Shown piece after piece: positions 29,369-39,223 of a stretch of DNA of 64,000 nt; position 1 is the first letter of the stretch, and the number at the start of each line of letters is the position of its first letter. The notes beneath the pieces were generated by a model that saw nothing but the letters and a program-made list of their open reading frames with translations, was not told where the DNA came from and did not search any database. The translations under genes and the position numbers were made by a program. The DNA comes from a virus, in the IMG/VR virus record IMGVR_UViG_3300038299_000386, positions 2,373 to 66,372 of that record. One strand, written 5' to 3'.

Positions 29369-29653
29369 TCAATCAATGCATCTTGCACGCTGAATGCTCG
29401 CATTCACCGCACCTTCAGCATTGATTGAAACCCTTTGCCTCTCGAACCTTGTATTATCAAAGAGTAATCGGAACCTACTGAACGGCCAGAGTCCGATCGC
29501 TACCGGAATGAAAAGCCATGCGAGAGCTGTTGTTAAGAATCGTTCATCGTCTTGCCATTCAATAAACGGCCAGAGCAGTAAAGCAAGCGGGATTGCGAAC
29601 CACGCTATGCATATATTTATCAAAATTTCAGTATTCCAATCTTTATTTTCCAT
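29369..29653 (-). CDS. Small 2-TM protein with internal duplication
   Basis: AWFAIPLALLLWPF and AWLFIPVAIGLWPF. Confidence 0.55.
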   Translation of the reverse strand: MENKDWNTEILINICIAWFAIPLALLLWPFIEWQDDERFLTTALAWLFIPVAIGLWPFSRFRLLFDNTRFERQRVSINAEGAVNASIQRARCID

Positions 29654-29855
29654 CTTTCCCATCTCCCTTCGTGAAACCAAATAACGCAAAGGTTTCAATC
29701 TGGAATGTCTCATATCTTTGGATCTCTTTTCTTGAGATTATTTCGTCATATCCTTCATTAAGGAATTTTTCGACGTGTGCTTTGATTTCCGATGAAACCA
29801 ACCCATCAGCGACCCGATAGAATTTCTTTCCATCAACGATAAATGAATTTCTCAT
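29643..29855 (-). CDS. Hypothetical protein
   Basis: Coupled small ORF in minus-strand operon. Confidence 0.5.
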   Translation of the reverse strand: MRNSFIVDGKKFYRVADGLVSSEIKAHVEKFLNEGYDEIISRKEIQRYETFQIETFALFGFTKGDGKDGK

Positions 29856-30247
29856 ACCCATTCCTCCTCGAATTCACACTGTCTGCGCTCGCCGGCAACG
29901 CCATTTAGCAACTCAATTCCAAGTTCTGAAATAACTTCAGTGACCTTGTTTTCAAGACAAGTCTGACAAAGAACCCCGTTATGATCGATTGTTATTGTGT
30001 TGACTATTCTCCTTGTTGCTTCAATCACATCTTCTTCTTCGACAGCTAATGCTTCCTCAAGCACTGCAATATCCAAAGAAATAACATACTCGTAGTCGGG
30101 GTGAACCGGATTCAAGCAATTATCAGCCGAGCACCTCTTTTTGAATGAAATTATACGTGGTGTGTTTGAGCAAATTATGCATTCTTCTGCGTCGCCTAAC
30201 CTGATTGAATGCTTTCTGCACCCTGGGCAAAACAGTACTGTATTCAT
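29852..30247 (-). CDS. Cys-rich Zn-binding protein
   Basis: MNTVLFCPGC...CIIC...C....C...CQTC; ATGA overlap. Confidence 0.6.
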   Translation of the reverse strand: MNTVLFCPGCRKHSIRLGDAEECIICSNTPRIISFKKRCSADNCLNPVHPDYEYVISLDIAVLEEALAVEEEDVIEATRRIVNTITIDHNGVLCQTCLENKVTEVISELGIELLNGVAGERRQCEFEEEWV

Positions 30248-30519
30248 GCAATTTCCCCCAAGAATCGGTGAGGGAAAGCCCCAGAAGCAGCCCTTTGTTG
30301 ATTGGTGGCTGATTTCTTGAGCGCCTTGGGGGCAAATGCCGTATTGCATGAAGCACAACATGTTGCAACAATGTTTGAACCATTGAGTATTGGATTGGGA
30401 AATCGGCCATTGCACTGCTTGCAGACTATATTCTTCGGAGCCTTTGGATATTTTGACTTCATCAAATTGTTTTTTTGCTGAAACCATGTTTGCTGTGCCC
30501 GTTGAAATTCTTCATGCAT
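30244..30519 (-). CDS. Zn-ribbon protein
   Basis: CKQC...CASC; GGAGG RBS. Confidence 0.55.
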   Translation of the reverse strand: MHEEFQRAQQTWFQQKNNLMKSKYPKAPKNIVCKQCNGRFPNPILNGSNIVATCCASCNTAFAPKALKKSATNQQRAASGAFPHRFLGEIA

Positions 30520-30522
30520 GAT

Positions 30523-30921
30523 CTAATCCTCCATCTTAGAATTTTGTTGTTGTAGCTTGCCGGATTTCAACAACTTTTCAGCATCCGGCATATTCATGCC
30601 CGCAACAGATTTTCGTGTTAAACGCTTTTCATTGATTGCTGATTGTATACTGTGTCTCAACTTGACGTCAGGATTGTTTTTGAAATTCTCACGACGTTTG
30701 GCCATGTCCCTTCGAATCCTGTCCTTGTCCCCTGGCGCATAAGTCCGCAAAGCATTTTTTGCTCTCTTTTCTTTTCGATATTGGTCGTTGATCCAATAAT
30801 ATGCGGTGCCGTATGAAACGCTGAATGAATCGGCTATTCTCTGATAACTAAGTCCCAGAGAACGCATCCTTCGCATGTTGTGTATGTCGCTTTGACTTAC
30901 TTTGTATCTCTTATCCTTCAT
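30523..30921 (-). CDS. Basic HTH DNA-binding protein
   Basis: MRSLGLSYQRIADSFSVSYGTAYYW. Confidence 0.75.
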   Translation of the reverse strand: MKDKRYKVSQSDIHNMRRMRSLGLSYQRIADSFSVSYGTAYYWINDQYRKEKRAKNALRTYAPGDKDRIRRDMAKRRENFKNNPDVKLRHSIQSAINEKRLTRKSVAGMNMPDAEKLLKSGKLQQQNSKMED

Positions 30922-31106
30922 TCTTCCACAATCCTGTATGTGCTAATTACGCTTTCCCATTCTGCAGTGGCGATAAAATCAGTCAAGCAAAAGGGGTCGC
31001 AGAAAGACCAGCGGTTCACGTACTTCGCATTGTTTACTGTTCTTGATTCAATCCTAAAGGGTTGGCGGTGAACCATAGACCCACAAGATTTGCATTCGTC
31101 AACCAC
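30918..31106 (-). CDS. Small Zn-finger protein
   Basis: CKSC...FCDPFC. Confidence 0.55.
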   Translation of the reverse strand: MVDECKSCGSMVHRQPFRIESRTVNNAKYVNRWSFCDPFCLTDFIATAEWESVISTYRIVEE

Positions 31107-31747
31107 TACAAATCACCCTTTGCTTTCCATTCTTCATTCTCGCTGTTCCATTCTCCGCGTTCGTGAATCTCTACTTCTTCCGGCCATACGCCGTGCAAAT
31201 TTCTTTCTTTGAACATTAGGATTTCTTCGCCAGAGCCGTCCGGACGTACTCTGTGCGTGTAGAGCCCGAGAATCTTTGGGCGCTGTTGGTTGGTTAAAGA
31301 CGAGGGGGCGGTGGATCTTGGGACTATGATGTCGCAAAGCATTGGCCTTGCCTCGTCAATATTCTTCCAATGCAAACCTCTTGAATCAGGAGTTGCAGAA
31401 ATTAAAGCTCTCTTGAGTTCTTCGAGTTGTATTCTAAATTTAGGAAACCAGTCCGACCCAAAAAGAACCAAATTGCGATGAAAACGGGCTTTAGAAGTTA
31501 CTCCGATTGGTGAATATGTAAATTCTATTTCGGGAATTTCATTTATGCTCAAAAATTCGAGAACGTCAGAAATCATTGTGTTTCTAAAGTGCATACCTGC
31601 AGATCCCTGCCCACACATGTAGAAGAATGACACTGTCTCCAGCAAACGGACTTTGACATGATCGTCCTCCGGCCAATTGAATAAACGAATCAAGTCAGCC
31701 TCAGAAGGGCGAACCTCCCAGGTCAGTTTAGAATCAATGTCATTCAT
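31106..31747 (-). CDS. Hypothetical protein
   Basis: ~213 aa, GAGG RBS, coupled. Confidence 0.65.
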   Translation of the reverse strand: MNDIDSKLTWEVRPSEADLIRLFNWPEDDHVKVRLLETVSFFYMCGQGSAGMHFRNTMISDVLEFLSINEIPEIEFTYSPIGVTSKARFHRNLVLFGSDWFPKFRIQLEELKRALISATPDSRGLHWKNIDEARPMLCDIIVPRSTAPSSLTNQQRPKILGLYTHRVRPDGSGEEILMFKERNLHGVWPEEVEIHERGEWNSENEEWKAKGDL

Positions 31748-32139
31748 TCCTCTTCCCCCAATCGACATGCATCCAATTCAAACGCACAAAGGCCGTTCTC
31801 TGGGACGTGAATGAGGAACCCGTAGTCAAGTGCCTCTTCAATGATTTCGCCGCCACAGCCCGTGCAGGTTGAAGTCATTTGAACCTCAAGGGCTAAAATT
31901 TGTTCTCCAAGCTTTGCTAAAACTTCTCTTTTCGGACTTCGAGGAAAATCAATTTCCCAATCAATCATCCAATGCGGGCTATTCATGTGAATTTCCACTT
32001 GCGAAATCAATGCACGGTGATTCTCAATAGTTTTTACATGATCCTCACGCAAGAATATTTCATTACCACAAACAAGGCACCTTTCTGCAGGATGGTGCCT
32101 CAAGACGTTACCACAATTCAAACATACCAAAGAGTCCAT
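31744..32139 (-). CDS. Zn-ribbon protein
   Basis: CLNC...CLVC...CTGC. Confidence 0.6.
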   Translation of the reverse strand: MDSLVCLNCGNVLRHHPAERCLVCGNEIFLREDHVKTIENHRALISQVEIHMNSPHWMIDWEIDFPRSPKREVLAKLGEQILALEVQMTSTCTGCGGEIIEEALDYGFLIHVPENGLCAFELDACRLGEEE

Positions 32140-32420
32140 CAAGAGTCCTCCCTGAAGTGTTTCCAAGTTAACATGACGGCCATCAATTCTTCCATTCGTT
32201 CTTTTGCGATTTCATCCGACCATTTTGATTCAATCCAACTGGTCAAGTAGAAGAAATGCTGCTCTTGAACCTCTGCTTTTGAATATCGGGTTAATGGGTA
32301 TTCCGTGGTTGCTGATTGAATTTGCTCGAAATAGAATCCTCTAACTTTTTTACCAAGTTCTTGATCATTAGGGCATTGTTTTACCAAATCAATTACTTGC
32401 TCATACCGATTATCACTCAT
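32139..32420 (-). CDS. Hypothetical protein
   Basis: MSDNRYEQ..., PNDQELGKKVR; GGAG RBS. Confidence 0.55.
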   Translation of the reverse strand: MSDNRYEQVIDLVKQCPNDQELGKKVRGFYFEQIQSATTEYPLTRYSKAEVQEQHFFYLTSWIESKWSDEIAKERMEELMAVMLTWKHFREDS

Positions 32421-32709
32421 TGTTCTCTCTCCTTTGTAAGATAAGCAGGGTTTCTTCGGCCACCTTGGCGACCCAGCGAGCACCGCCGCTAAGAAGCACA
32501 AATACATCGTATTCAGGATTGTCGAGCACATACAGAATTGATGGCCCAAAATTCATTTCACAGTATACCTGGCGTTGAACATTAGCCCAATCGCCGCCAC
32601 CGGGCAAGTCGATGGGGATTCTAATTTTTACATACTCGCGTGTGATCGCCGAAAGCCCATCGCCTAAATCCACCACTCCGGAGCCATCAGTCTCGCCGTA
32701 TTCAATCAT
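32413..32709 (-). CDS. Hypothetical protein
   Basis: 98 aa, coupled. Confidence 0.55.
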   Translation of the reverse strand: MIEYGETDGSGVVDLGDGLSAITREYVKIRIPIDLPGGGDWANVQRQVYCEMNFGPSILYVLDNPEYDVFVLLSGGARWVAKVAEETLLILQRRENNE

Positions 32710-33101
32710 TTTTCAACCACCACCAAGCAAATAACAACGTCGCCCAATAAGACGGTATGCGGTTCGAGAATATGAGAAAGCCGGTTTCTGTTGGCTTGAA
32801 CGTAAGCAACCCTCTCTTCATCGCTCTGCAGCGCATAAAGCGCAAGGCTGGCCTCTTCGTGACAATACATTTCCACAATACCGCCATTCAGTTGTTCTGA
32901 TTGATTGATTGTAAATTCCTCAACGTGCCGTACAACAGCTCCCTCCCAAAGGTAAACGTCTGGAACTCTTTCGATATATCCACCAACGGAAGCCTGTAGA
33001 ACCGATAAACCCGGAGAAGGACCACCTTCTTTGATTTTTTCTGCATTACCTTCAGCGTCTATTTTCAACCATACAATTCTATTTCCTTCAACTTCTCTCA
33101 T
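32706..33101 (-). CDS. DUF3846-like protein
   Basis: LSVLQASVGGYIERV...MYCHEE...LLGDVVI. Confidence 0.65.
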   Translation of the reverse strand: MREVEGNRIVWLKIDAEGNAEKIKEGGPSPGLSVLQASVGGYIERVPDVYLWEGAVVRHVEEFTINQSEQLNGGIVEMYCHEEASLALYALQSDEERVAYVQANRNRLSHILEPHTVLLGDVVICLVVVEK

Positions 33102-33331
33102 TCGTTCGCCTCCATTTTTTTGACTCTCTGGGCATGAAGCCTTTCAACTTGCTTCTTGACATTCAATGCTCCTTTCATGAACCTCTTGTTGGCTGTTGGA
33201 TCAACAGGTGTCCCGTCTGGTAGCAAACCTGCCTGCATCGATATTGCTAAAACGTCAATGCCTTCTAATTCATTTAAAATCCAATAAAGTATTCTCGCCT
33301 CAACTTCAATGATCGAACCTGGCCTACTCAT
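33098..33331 (-). CDS. Hypothetical protein
   Basis: MSRPGSII..., coupled. Confidence 0.5.
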   Translation of the reverse strand: MSRPGSIIEVEARILYWILNELEGIDVLAISMQAGLLPDGTPVDPTANKRFMKGALNVKKQVERLHAQRVKKMEANE

Positions 33332-33557
33332 CTGCAAGCCCCCAAATATCGTTTCTAACGCGGTCGCCACCAACAGAAGTGTATTGCATGTGACCGACCT
33401 TCACAAAAATAGACCGCTTCGCCAAAACATTGCTGATTGCCCCCATACTTGTGCCGTTTCTGTCGGATTGATTGAAAGCATAGCAAAGTTCTGAAGTATT
33501 TGCTTGACCCTTGCTTAGCATGTCTACGAGGAATACTTCAAGGCGTTTTGTACCCAT
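33324..33557 (-). CDS. Small winged-helix protein (DUF3860-like)
   Basis: GTSMGAISNVLAKRSIFVKVG. Confidence 0.6.
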   Translation of the reverse strand: MGTKRLEVFLVDMLSKGQANTSELCYAFNQSDRNGTSMGAISNVLAKRSIFVKVGHMQYTSVGGDRVRNDIWGLADE

Positions 33558-33833
33558 TCAAGCAACCCCGTATAGTAGTATGTCGCTGCTTACGACGGCC
33601 GATATTTCAGTAATCGATTCAAGCGGGTGTGGATCAAAGACGATTTCCCAGTTCCTTTTTGTTTTCAAACCCAAATATTCTCCCGCCTTGAAATCCCTCT
33701 CAACCGTTTCGCCAAGTTGCTTCTTTGAAATTAAGACAAATGTCCCAGACCAAAATTCATCACTCGGAGTTGTATTTTCCAAAAAAGAAAATTTTGCTCC
33801 AACGGCGAGATCTTCCACCGAAACCGAACTCAT
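33558..33833 (-). CDS. Hypothetical protein
   Basis: 91 aa, coupled. Confidence 0.55.
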   Translation of the reverse strand: MSSVSVEDLAVGAKFSFLENTTPSDEFWSGTFVLISKKQLGETVERDFKAGEYLGLKTKRNWEIVFDPHPLESITEISAVVSSDILLYGVA

Positions 33834-33985
33834 TCAACAGGCCCCCATTCAATGCCCGAAATCCAATCCTCAACGACCGGGACGTCCCAATTTATCGCGT
33901 CCGACCAATCAACATTGATTATCTCAATTCTTTTCATAGCATCCTTGCTAACCAAAGCCCGACTTCTGATGTGCTGGAAACTCAT
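33830..33985 (-). CDS. Small hypothetical protein
   Basis: MSFQHIRS..., ATGA overlaps on both sides. Confidence 0.45.
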   Translation of the reverse strand: MSFQHIRSRALVSKDAMKRIEIINVDWSDAINWDVPVVEDWISGIEWGPVE

Positions 33986-34326
33986 TGCCCCAACACCTCT
34001 TTCTTTCTTTGAGAAACAGCAGTTAAATCGCATTGTTCGCAAGTTTCGTAGTGAGTCCATTGGGAAGTGATGCCCAGGCACCACATACATGCCCATTCGG
34101 AAATAAATTTGAAACCCTTCGAGCGTAGTTCTTTTGCACAATCCGTTGGGCTGTTGAATCCCAACTTCTTCCACCAAGACATTCCTATCATCGTGTGTGG
34201 CCTGCAGTCCCCGCATTTGCAAGGGGATGTGTAATTCTCGTTCTTCGTTTGCGTTAAAATGCTCATAATTTCACCGTTACCTCCGAGCGAGCACTTGGAT
34301 ATAACCTCTTTGGGTATCTTTGACAT
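33982..34326 (-). CDS. Cys-rich protein
   Basis: CKCGDC, CMWC, CEQC; first gene of leftward small-gene operon. Confidence 0.55.
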   Translation of the reverse strand: MSKIPKEVISKCSLGGNGEIMSILTQTKNENYTSPCKCGDCRPHTMIGMSWWKKLGFNSPTDCAKELRSKGFKFISEWACMWCLGITSQWTHYETCEQCDLTAVSQRKKEVLGQ

Positions 34327-34411
34327 CCTTTGATATTATCAGAAATACCCAACAGCTTGTTTAATTTTCTAATCGGCAACATTGATAAGCGCTCGCCTAT
34401 GGTTGTTTTTC

Positions 34412-35227
34412 ATGACCTCAAGCACCAACCCTAACGCAACACTAATCAGCGGACATCACCTTTCTTACGAGCAGATGGGCAAGATAAAAATCCCAGAGCG
34501 AACCAAAACTTACACACCGGTTTCGCATCAACAAGTTATTGACTTGGTGCGAGAAAGAGCAGAAAGACTACTTCCGAGTTCATTTGAATTAAAATCTGAA
34601 GCATTCGGTGTCTCTCCAAAGTTCGGAGACAATTTTGGAAGCCGAATGTTTGGAGTTTTGACCTTTGACGACAATTCCGCAGATATGGGCATGGCAATAG
34701 GAGTTAGAAATTCTTACGATCAGTCCCTAAGTGTTGGCGTCGCATTTGGCTCAAAGGTTTTTGTGTGCGACAATTTGATGTTTGTGGGGGACGTTATAGT
34801 GGCGCGTAAGCATACCGGCGACGTTCTAACCCACCTGGAGAAGAAAATAAACAAAGCCATGATTCACGCTCCTAAGAACCATGAACAAATCCTCTTGGAT
34901 TCGGACTTAATGAAAGATATTCCTTTGGATAACTCCGAAGCCATGATGTTGCTTGGCTTGGCCTATGGAAAATCAGTTCTAAAGCCTCGACAGCTACTCG
35001 GTGCGAAAAATGCTTGGGTGAAACCACCACAAGAGGACTTTGAGGATAGAAACCTTTGGTCGCTGTATAACGCCTTCACAGAATCTCTGAAGACCTCCCC
35101 AGCGGATGACGTAATGGAGGCGCACATCGGCGCACATGAACTCTTGATAGGTGAAGGATTAGACAAATTGAGAATCTTACACGATCAAGACTACAAGAGG
35201 AAAACCGTTTCAGGTGTCGTCCTATGA
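34412..35227 (+). CDS. DUF932 family phage/plasmid protein
   Basis: TYTPVSH; GVRNSYDQSLS; VFVCDNLMF; RKHT; NLWSLYNAFTE; TTGATAAG ~26 nt before ATG 34412. Confidence 0.85.
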   Translation: MTSSTNPNATLISGHHLSYEQMGKIKIPERTKTYTPVSHQQVIDLVRERAERLLPSSFELKSEAFGVSPKFGDNFGSRMFGVLTFDDNSADMGMAIGVRNSYDQSLSVGVAFGSKVFVCDNLMFVGDVIVARKHTGDVLTHLEKKINKAMIHAPKNHEQILLDSDLMKDIPLDNSEAMMLLGLAYGKSVLKPRQLLGAKNAWVKPPQEDFEDRNLWSLYNAFTESLKTSPADDVMEAHIGAHELLIGEGLDKLRILHDQDYKRKTVSGVVL

Positions 35228-35550
35228 TGTGGGTTTCTTACGGGTACGATGGAGCGATTGCTGGAAATTTTTTCGTCTTACATGCCGGTAGGCCGAAACC
35301 CAAGCAATTAGGCATCGAAGCCATATCCGATTATTCCGAGGATGATCAATGCTACGAAGGAACCTTAGAGAACGGAACAATAACTGTTTGTTCGATAGAA
35401 TACTTCATTGGTTCGATTCCGATTCGTGAAAACGCCTTTCACTTGATAGATCATATCCCTCGGGCAATTTCCTTTCCTAAAGAAAACTCAGAACCCGAAT
35501 GCTCCTGGTGCGGAGCCTTAAGTTGCATCACTGGTTGCAGAAAGGGTTGA
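35224..35550 (+). CDS. Hypothetical protein
   Basis: 108 aa, ATGA overlap, C-terminal Cys cluster. Confidence 0.55.
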   Translation: MMWVSYGYDGAIAGNFFVLHAGRPKPKQLGIEAISDYSEDDQCYEGTLENGTITVCSIEYFIGSIPIRENAFHLIDHIPRAISFPKENSEPECSWCGALSCITGCRKG

Positions 35551-35552
35551 AA

Positions 35553-36062
35553 ATGGATTGGGATATATGGGATTGCATCGGCGCTACAGAACGCCTTGAA
35601 ATGGTTTTTAATGCAGAATCGGGCGACGTTAGTACAACTTCAACTTGGATATTGAAAGAAATGCTGGGAGAGAATCCTCGTAAATGCGAGTGCTGTATGG
35701 AAGAAACCCCGTCAATTCTGACCTATGAAGGCAGCGAATACAACCCGAATGCCTACGTCAAGACCGATTGTAACGTAGAGTCCCTAACTCTTGAGTCGCT
35801 TCAAGCCCAATGGTATGTTTGTGCAGAATGTATCGAGGCTCAAAAGACCAAGGCATCATTAGGAAACGACTGGGTTCTTTTCCGAATCGAACTACTGATT
35901 AAAGAATATGAGAGGTTCACAGGAATGCCGACGATCATGTATGATGACATCTTAGACAGCTTAGAAAGCGGCATCCAAAAATTAGCAAAGGAAATTAAGC
36001 AGTCGCACGTGGATTCTATGCCCAACTCTGTAAATTGGATTAGGAAGATGATAAAATGTTAG
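35553..36062 (+). CDS. Zn-binding hypothetical protein
   Basis: CECC...CAEC. Confidence 0.6.
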   Translation: MDWDIWDCIGATERLEMVFNAESGDVSTTSTWILKEMLGENPRKCECCMEETPSILTYEGSEYNPNAYVKTDCNVESLTLESLQAQWYVCAECIEAQKTKASLGNDWVLFRIELLIKEYERFTGMPTIMYDDILDSLESGIQKLAKEIKQSHVDSMPNSVNWIRKMIKC

Positions 36063-36502
36063 ACCCACAAGCGATGATTGAAAAATTAGTTCTGAAGAAT
36101 ATGAGTCGTATGTCTGCTTTACTAAATAGTGATGCGACTAAGCGCTGGTATTGGGCAACTCTACAAGCAGAAGGTATGTTTACGATAACTGAAACAATAA
36201 CTGAACTGCAGTCTATTCAGGAAATTCTTGACGTTCATCCGGACTGGAACCGCGAAGGTCAGGAAGGCAATTTTTCCGCATTGGGTATGTACATGACCCA
36301 ACTTGACCGAGTCTGGTATGATCACAAATCAAAGTGGAATAACTGGAGCAATAGGCAATTAACAATCATGAAAGAAGGCGGACCAATATTCGGGCCTCCT
36401 CCTTCTGTCGAAGAAGCAGAAGAAGCCTTCTTTGATACAATCTCTTACTCAGGTGCTCATGCCGATGAAAATTCGCCACCAATTGATGAGGACAAAAGTT
36501 GA
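36056..36502 (+). CDS. Hypothetical protein
   Basis: 148 aa, coupled. Confidence 0.65.
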   Translation: MLDPQAMIEKLVLKNMSRMSALLNSDATKRWYWATLQAEGMFTITETITELQSIQEILDVHPDWNREGQEGNFSALGMYMTQLDRVWYDHKSKWNNWSNRQLTIMKEGGPIFGPPPSVEEAEEAFFDTISYSGAHADENSPPIDEDKS

Positions 36503-36585
36503 GGAAAAAACCGTGCTCATGAAAGTGTGCATATAGGCGCTTTGGGGCAACAATCCACTTAAGGGGGGCGGCATTGAAAAAAGTC

Positions 36586-37014
36586 ATGGCCGAGCGGGAC
36601 ACCCGATACGGAACTCGCCAAGAGCCCCCATTCATCGACAATCTATTTTGGCTTTTCATTGTGTTTTCAGTTTCAATTGGACTTTTATGGTTCCTCATCA
36701 ACAACACTGATGAGCCTGGAAAGTGGGGCGCACTTGTGTTTATGGTTGTAGCGGTGGCGATCCAATTCATCGTATTGATTGAGGCATCTCTTAATTCACT
36801 GGCGACGGGACGTTACTTGTGGACCGCTCTCATCTTTGCAACGGGCTCTCTCGGGGCTTGGATTTACCTTTTCTTCTTTTCTGATTACAGTTCTAGAACC
36901 GTGGCCGTCGAGCCGAACAACCGCAGAGATCCGAGCGCTCGCTCTATGACTATTCTGTTCCTCGCGTTCGGCGCATTCGTGCTGCTTACTGTGTTCTATG
37001 ATATGTATAGATAA
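36586..37014 (+). CDS. 4-TM membrane protein
   Basis: Hydrophobic helices; AAAGTGTGC ends 56 nt before ATG 36586. Confidence 0.7.
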   Translation: MAERDTRYGTRQEPPFIDNLFWLFIVFSVSIGLLWFLINNTDEPGKWGALVFMVVAVAIQFIVLIEASLNSLATGRYLWTALIFATGSLGAWIYLFFFSDYSSRTVAVEPNNRRDPSARSMTILFLAFGAFVLLTVFYDMYR

Positions 37015-37023
37015 GAGAAATAA

Positions 37024-37446
37024 ATGGAGATGAAAAATATGGGAAATTGCGGAAAACCAAAAGGACAATGCACATGCGGCCAAAAGGCCTACAACCGGAA
37101 CAACAACAACAACCGAAGCAATATGAAGATGGGGCCAATTGTACCTTCTTCATCTTCGGGGAGGATCAATCTTGCAATTAACAATCCTCGAAGATTCGAG
37201 GGAGAAACCTTTCACGCTGAAGCAATGAATGGCGCTCGAACTATTCGTTGGAACAACAAAGCCGCCGCCGAACGCCGAGCATCACAAATTCGCCAACGTG
37301 GTTTCACAGCACGGGTTGTGAACAATACCGTCTACGTAGGACCATTGCAGAAGCGATACCAGGGCAGACGCCTAAAACCAAGAGCTACATACGACTGGTC
37401 TGGCACTGCAGGAATGTCTCAACGAGATTTGAAATTAGACTACTGA
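37024..37446 (+). CDS. Stand-alone basic tag-domain protein
   Basis: RRFEGETF...WNNKAAAERRASQIRQRGFTARVVNNTVYVGP; N-term CGK...CTCG; KAYNR. Confidence 0.8.
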   Translation: MEMKNMGNCGKPKGQCTCGQKAYNRNNNNNRSNMKMGPIVPSSSSGRINLAINNPRRFEGETFHAEAMNGARTIRWNNKAAAERRASQIRQRGFTARVVNNTVYVGPLQKRYQGRRLKPRATYDWSGTAGMSQRDLKLDY

Positions 37447-37455
37447 GGCCAAATT

Positions 37456-38040
37456 ATGTCCGGTCTAACAAGTTCTCCGGTATGCGTCAACAGTTTTAGC
37501 AACTTACTCGGCCTCTGCTCCATTAGCAAAGAACTATTTTTTGCTGAAGCATTCTTGATCATTGGACTATTTGTAATGATTCGGAGCCAAAAGCAGGGAT
37601 TCGGCAATTATTTCTTGAGCCAGCGTGGTTATTCGCTGACCTTCGGGGCTGTGGCTTTTGTGATCGCAGTAAATAATCTGATTTTCGATTATGATTCATT
37701 TTTCTTAACAAACGAATTAACTTACAATGCAGAATTAGGTGATAACGGTATTGAATACTTCATGTTTTTCTTTTTGCTTACTTTCGGCAGACTCATTCCG
37801 CGCCTTTTGTTTGGCGCCATGCCTCCCGCCGATTATGGCCCAGCCCTAACCAATGTGATTCTGTGGTCGAGTTTCTTGATCGTTGCTTATTGCTGGACTA
37901 TTTTGTTTTCGATTATCACTATGGGCGAGTTTGTGCCGGGTGATTGGATAATGACCTACTATTCGACTATTGATTGGATTTCCCTCTTCATCTGGATTCC
38001 GCTCGCCCTTACATTCATTCTTCCCAACAGATACACTTAG
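37456..38040 (+). CDS. Multi-pass membrane protein
   Basis: ~5 TM; weak resemblance to 12671..13366. Confidence 0.7.
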   Translation: MSGLTSSPVCVNSFSNLLGLCSISKELFFAEAFLIIGLFVMIRSQKQGFGNYFLSQRGYSLTFGAVAFVIAVNNLIFDYDSFFLTNELTYNAELGDNGIEYFMFFFLLTFGRLIPRLLFGAMPPADYGPALTNVILWSSFLIVAYCWTILFSIITMGEFVPGDWIMTYYSTIDWISLFIWIPLALTFILPNRYT

Positions 38041-38185
38041 GATTTGAGGTCTACGTCTCCAACCAATATCTCCGCACCCACCGCAAATCGTTCGAGGGGG
38101 TGAATAACGTGGAGTTTCTGAATAAGCAGCACCACACGTGCGGCACCACCAAAGGACTGCAGGGCGAGGCCCGTTTGCGCCCAAA

Positions 38186-39223
38186 TTAAGACCCCAAATT
38201 ACCCTTCGTAATTAGCGCCATATACTGCTCGTAATCCGCTTTGTTTGTGGCGCCAGAGTTTGTGGCGCCAGAGTCAAGAAGGTCTGAAAGCAAGCGTCTT
38301 TCCTTAGATGGCCGGTATATCTCTTCGGGGTCAGGTGAAAGCGGAATTTCCCCCACGTTTCCGGCAATTATTCCTATTTTGCCGGTTTTGATACGGAATC
38401 CTCGGGGATCATTGCCTGGACCGTATTCTTTGTCTGCCGCTTGTTGGAATCCATCCTTATCGGCTTTCAGGAACTTGAGCCTTTCACCGATCTGCATACC
38501 GGAAAGAGGTTCAATCAATTCAGCATTAGGGAATTTTTTCTTAAGTTCCGGAATCAAGACATTTGTATACGATTTTCCAGCCAAAAGATATATTTTTTTT
38601 ATTTCATTTTTCGCTTCGAACCGCTTTTTTGTTATTGCTTTGTTATCTCTCTTGATAATTGATACCTGTGCTGGTTTAGGCTTTGTAATGTTTGAAACCA
38701 CTCGCTGAGCCCAACTTTTCTTTTCCTTTGGATTCAAAGAAGTGATTTTTTTGTCATAATTCTCAATAAGCATCTCAGGTCCGCTAATTGGTTTAGCAAG
38801 TTCGGGGTGTTCAGCAGATAGTATTCCATATTCAATCCACCTATTATCTGCCCAAGCTTGCGAGAACTCAAAGAGAGGTGAACAATACAATTCTTTGGCC
38901 TTCATTTTATTGTTTACGCCACGTTCATCCATCCCAAGCCACTGTTTCTTGCTCGAGCAACCAATTAGGGCGATTGATTTACCGCTAATTTTGATACCCC
39001 CACCATCTGAATCAGCATAGTATTGTATGCCTTGTGAATTGAGTCGCGAGGTCTTTATTTGCTGGATGATACTTTTTCTATTTGTTGAATTGTTATTGAT
39101 ATAACGGCTTGTGATCGGATTGAAAATAAATCGCTGACCCAATGAGGATTTTTTCAGTATGTCTGCAAGAAGATAGTCATCACTTGCATCTCCGTATTTC
39201 CAAGCCATTCTCATTCCCGCCAT
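38186..39223 (-). CDS. DUF6884-like protein
   Basis: IALIGCSSKK; AKELYCSPLF; ILSAEH; IENYD; LLAGKSY; PLSGMQIGERL. Confidence 0.7.
   Translation of the reverse strand: MAGMRMAWKYGDASDDYLLADILKKSSLGQRFIFNPITSRYINNNSTNRKSIIQQIKTSRLNSQGIQYYADSDGGGIKISGKSIALIGCSSKKQWLGMDERGVNNKMKAKELYCSPLFEFSQAWADNRWIEYGILSAEHPELAKPISGPEMLIENYDKKITSLNPKEKKSWAQRVVSNITKPKPAQVSIIKRDNKAITKKRFEAKNEIKKIYLLAGKSYTNVLIPELKKKFPNAELIEPLSGMQIGERLKFLKADKDGFQQAADKEYGPGNDPRGFRIKTGKIGIIAGNVGEIPLSPDPEEIYRPSKERRLLSDLLDSGATNSGATNKADYEQYMALITKGNLGS

Noticed and set aside
37846-38184. Zn-ribbon ORF (CRTC...CGGC) on minus strand
   Set aside because: Overlaps the convergent membrane gene by about 195 nt; the 5' part may be real but is not supported enough to call
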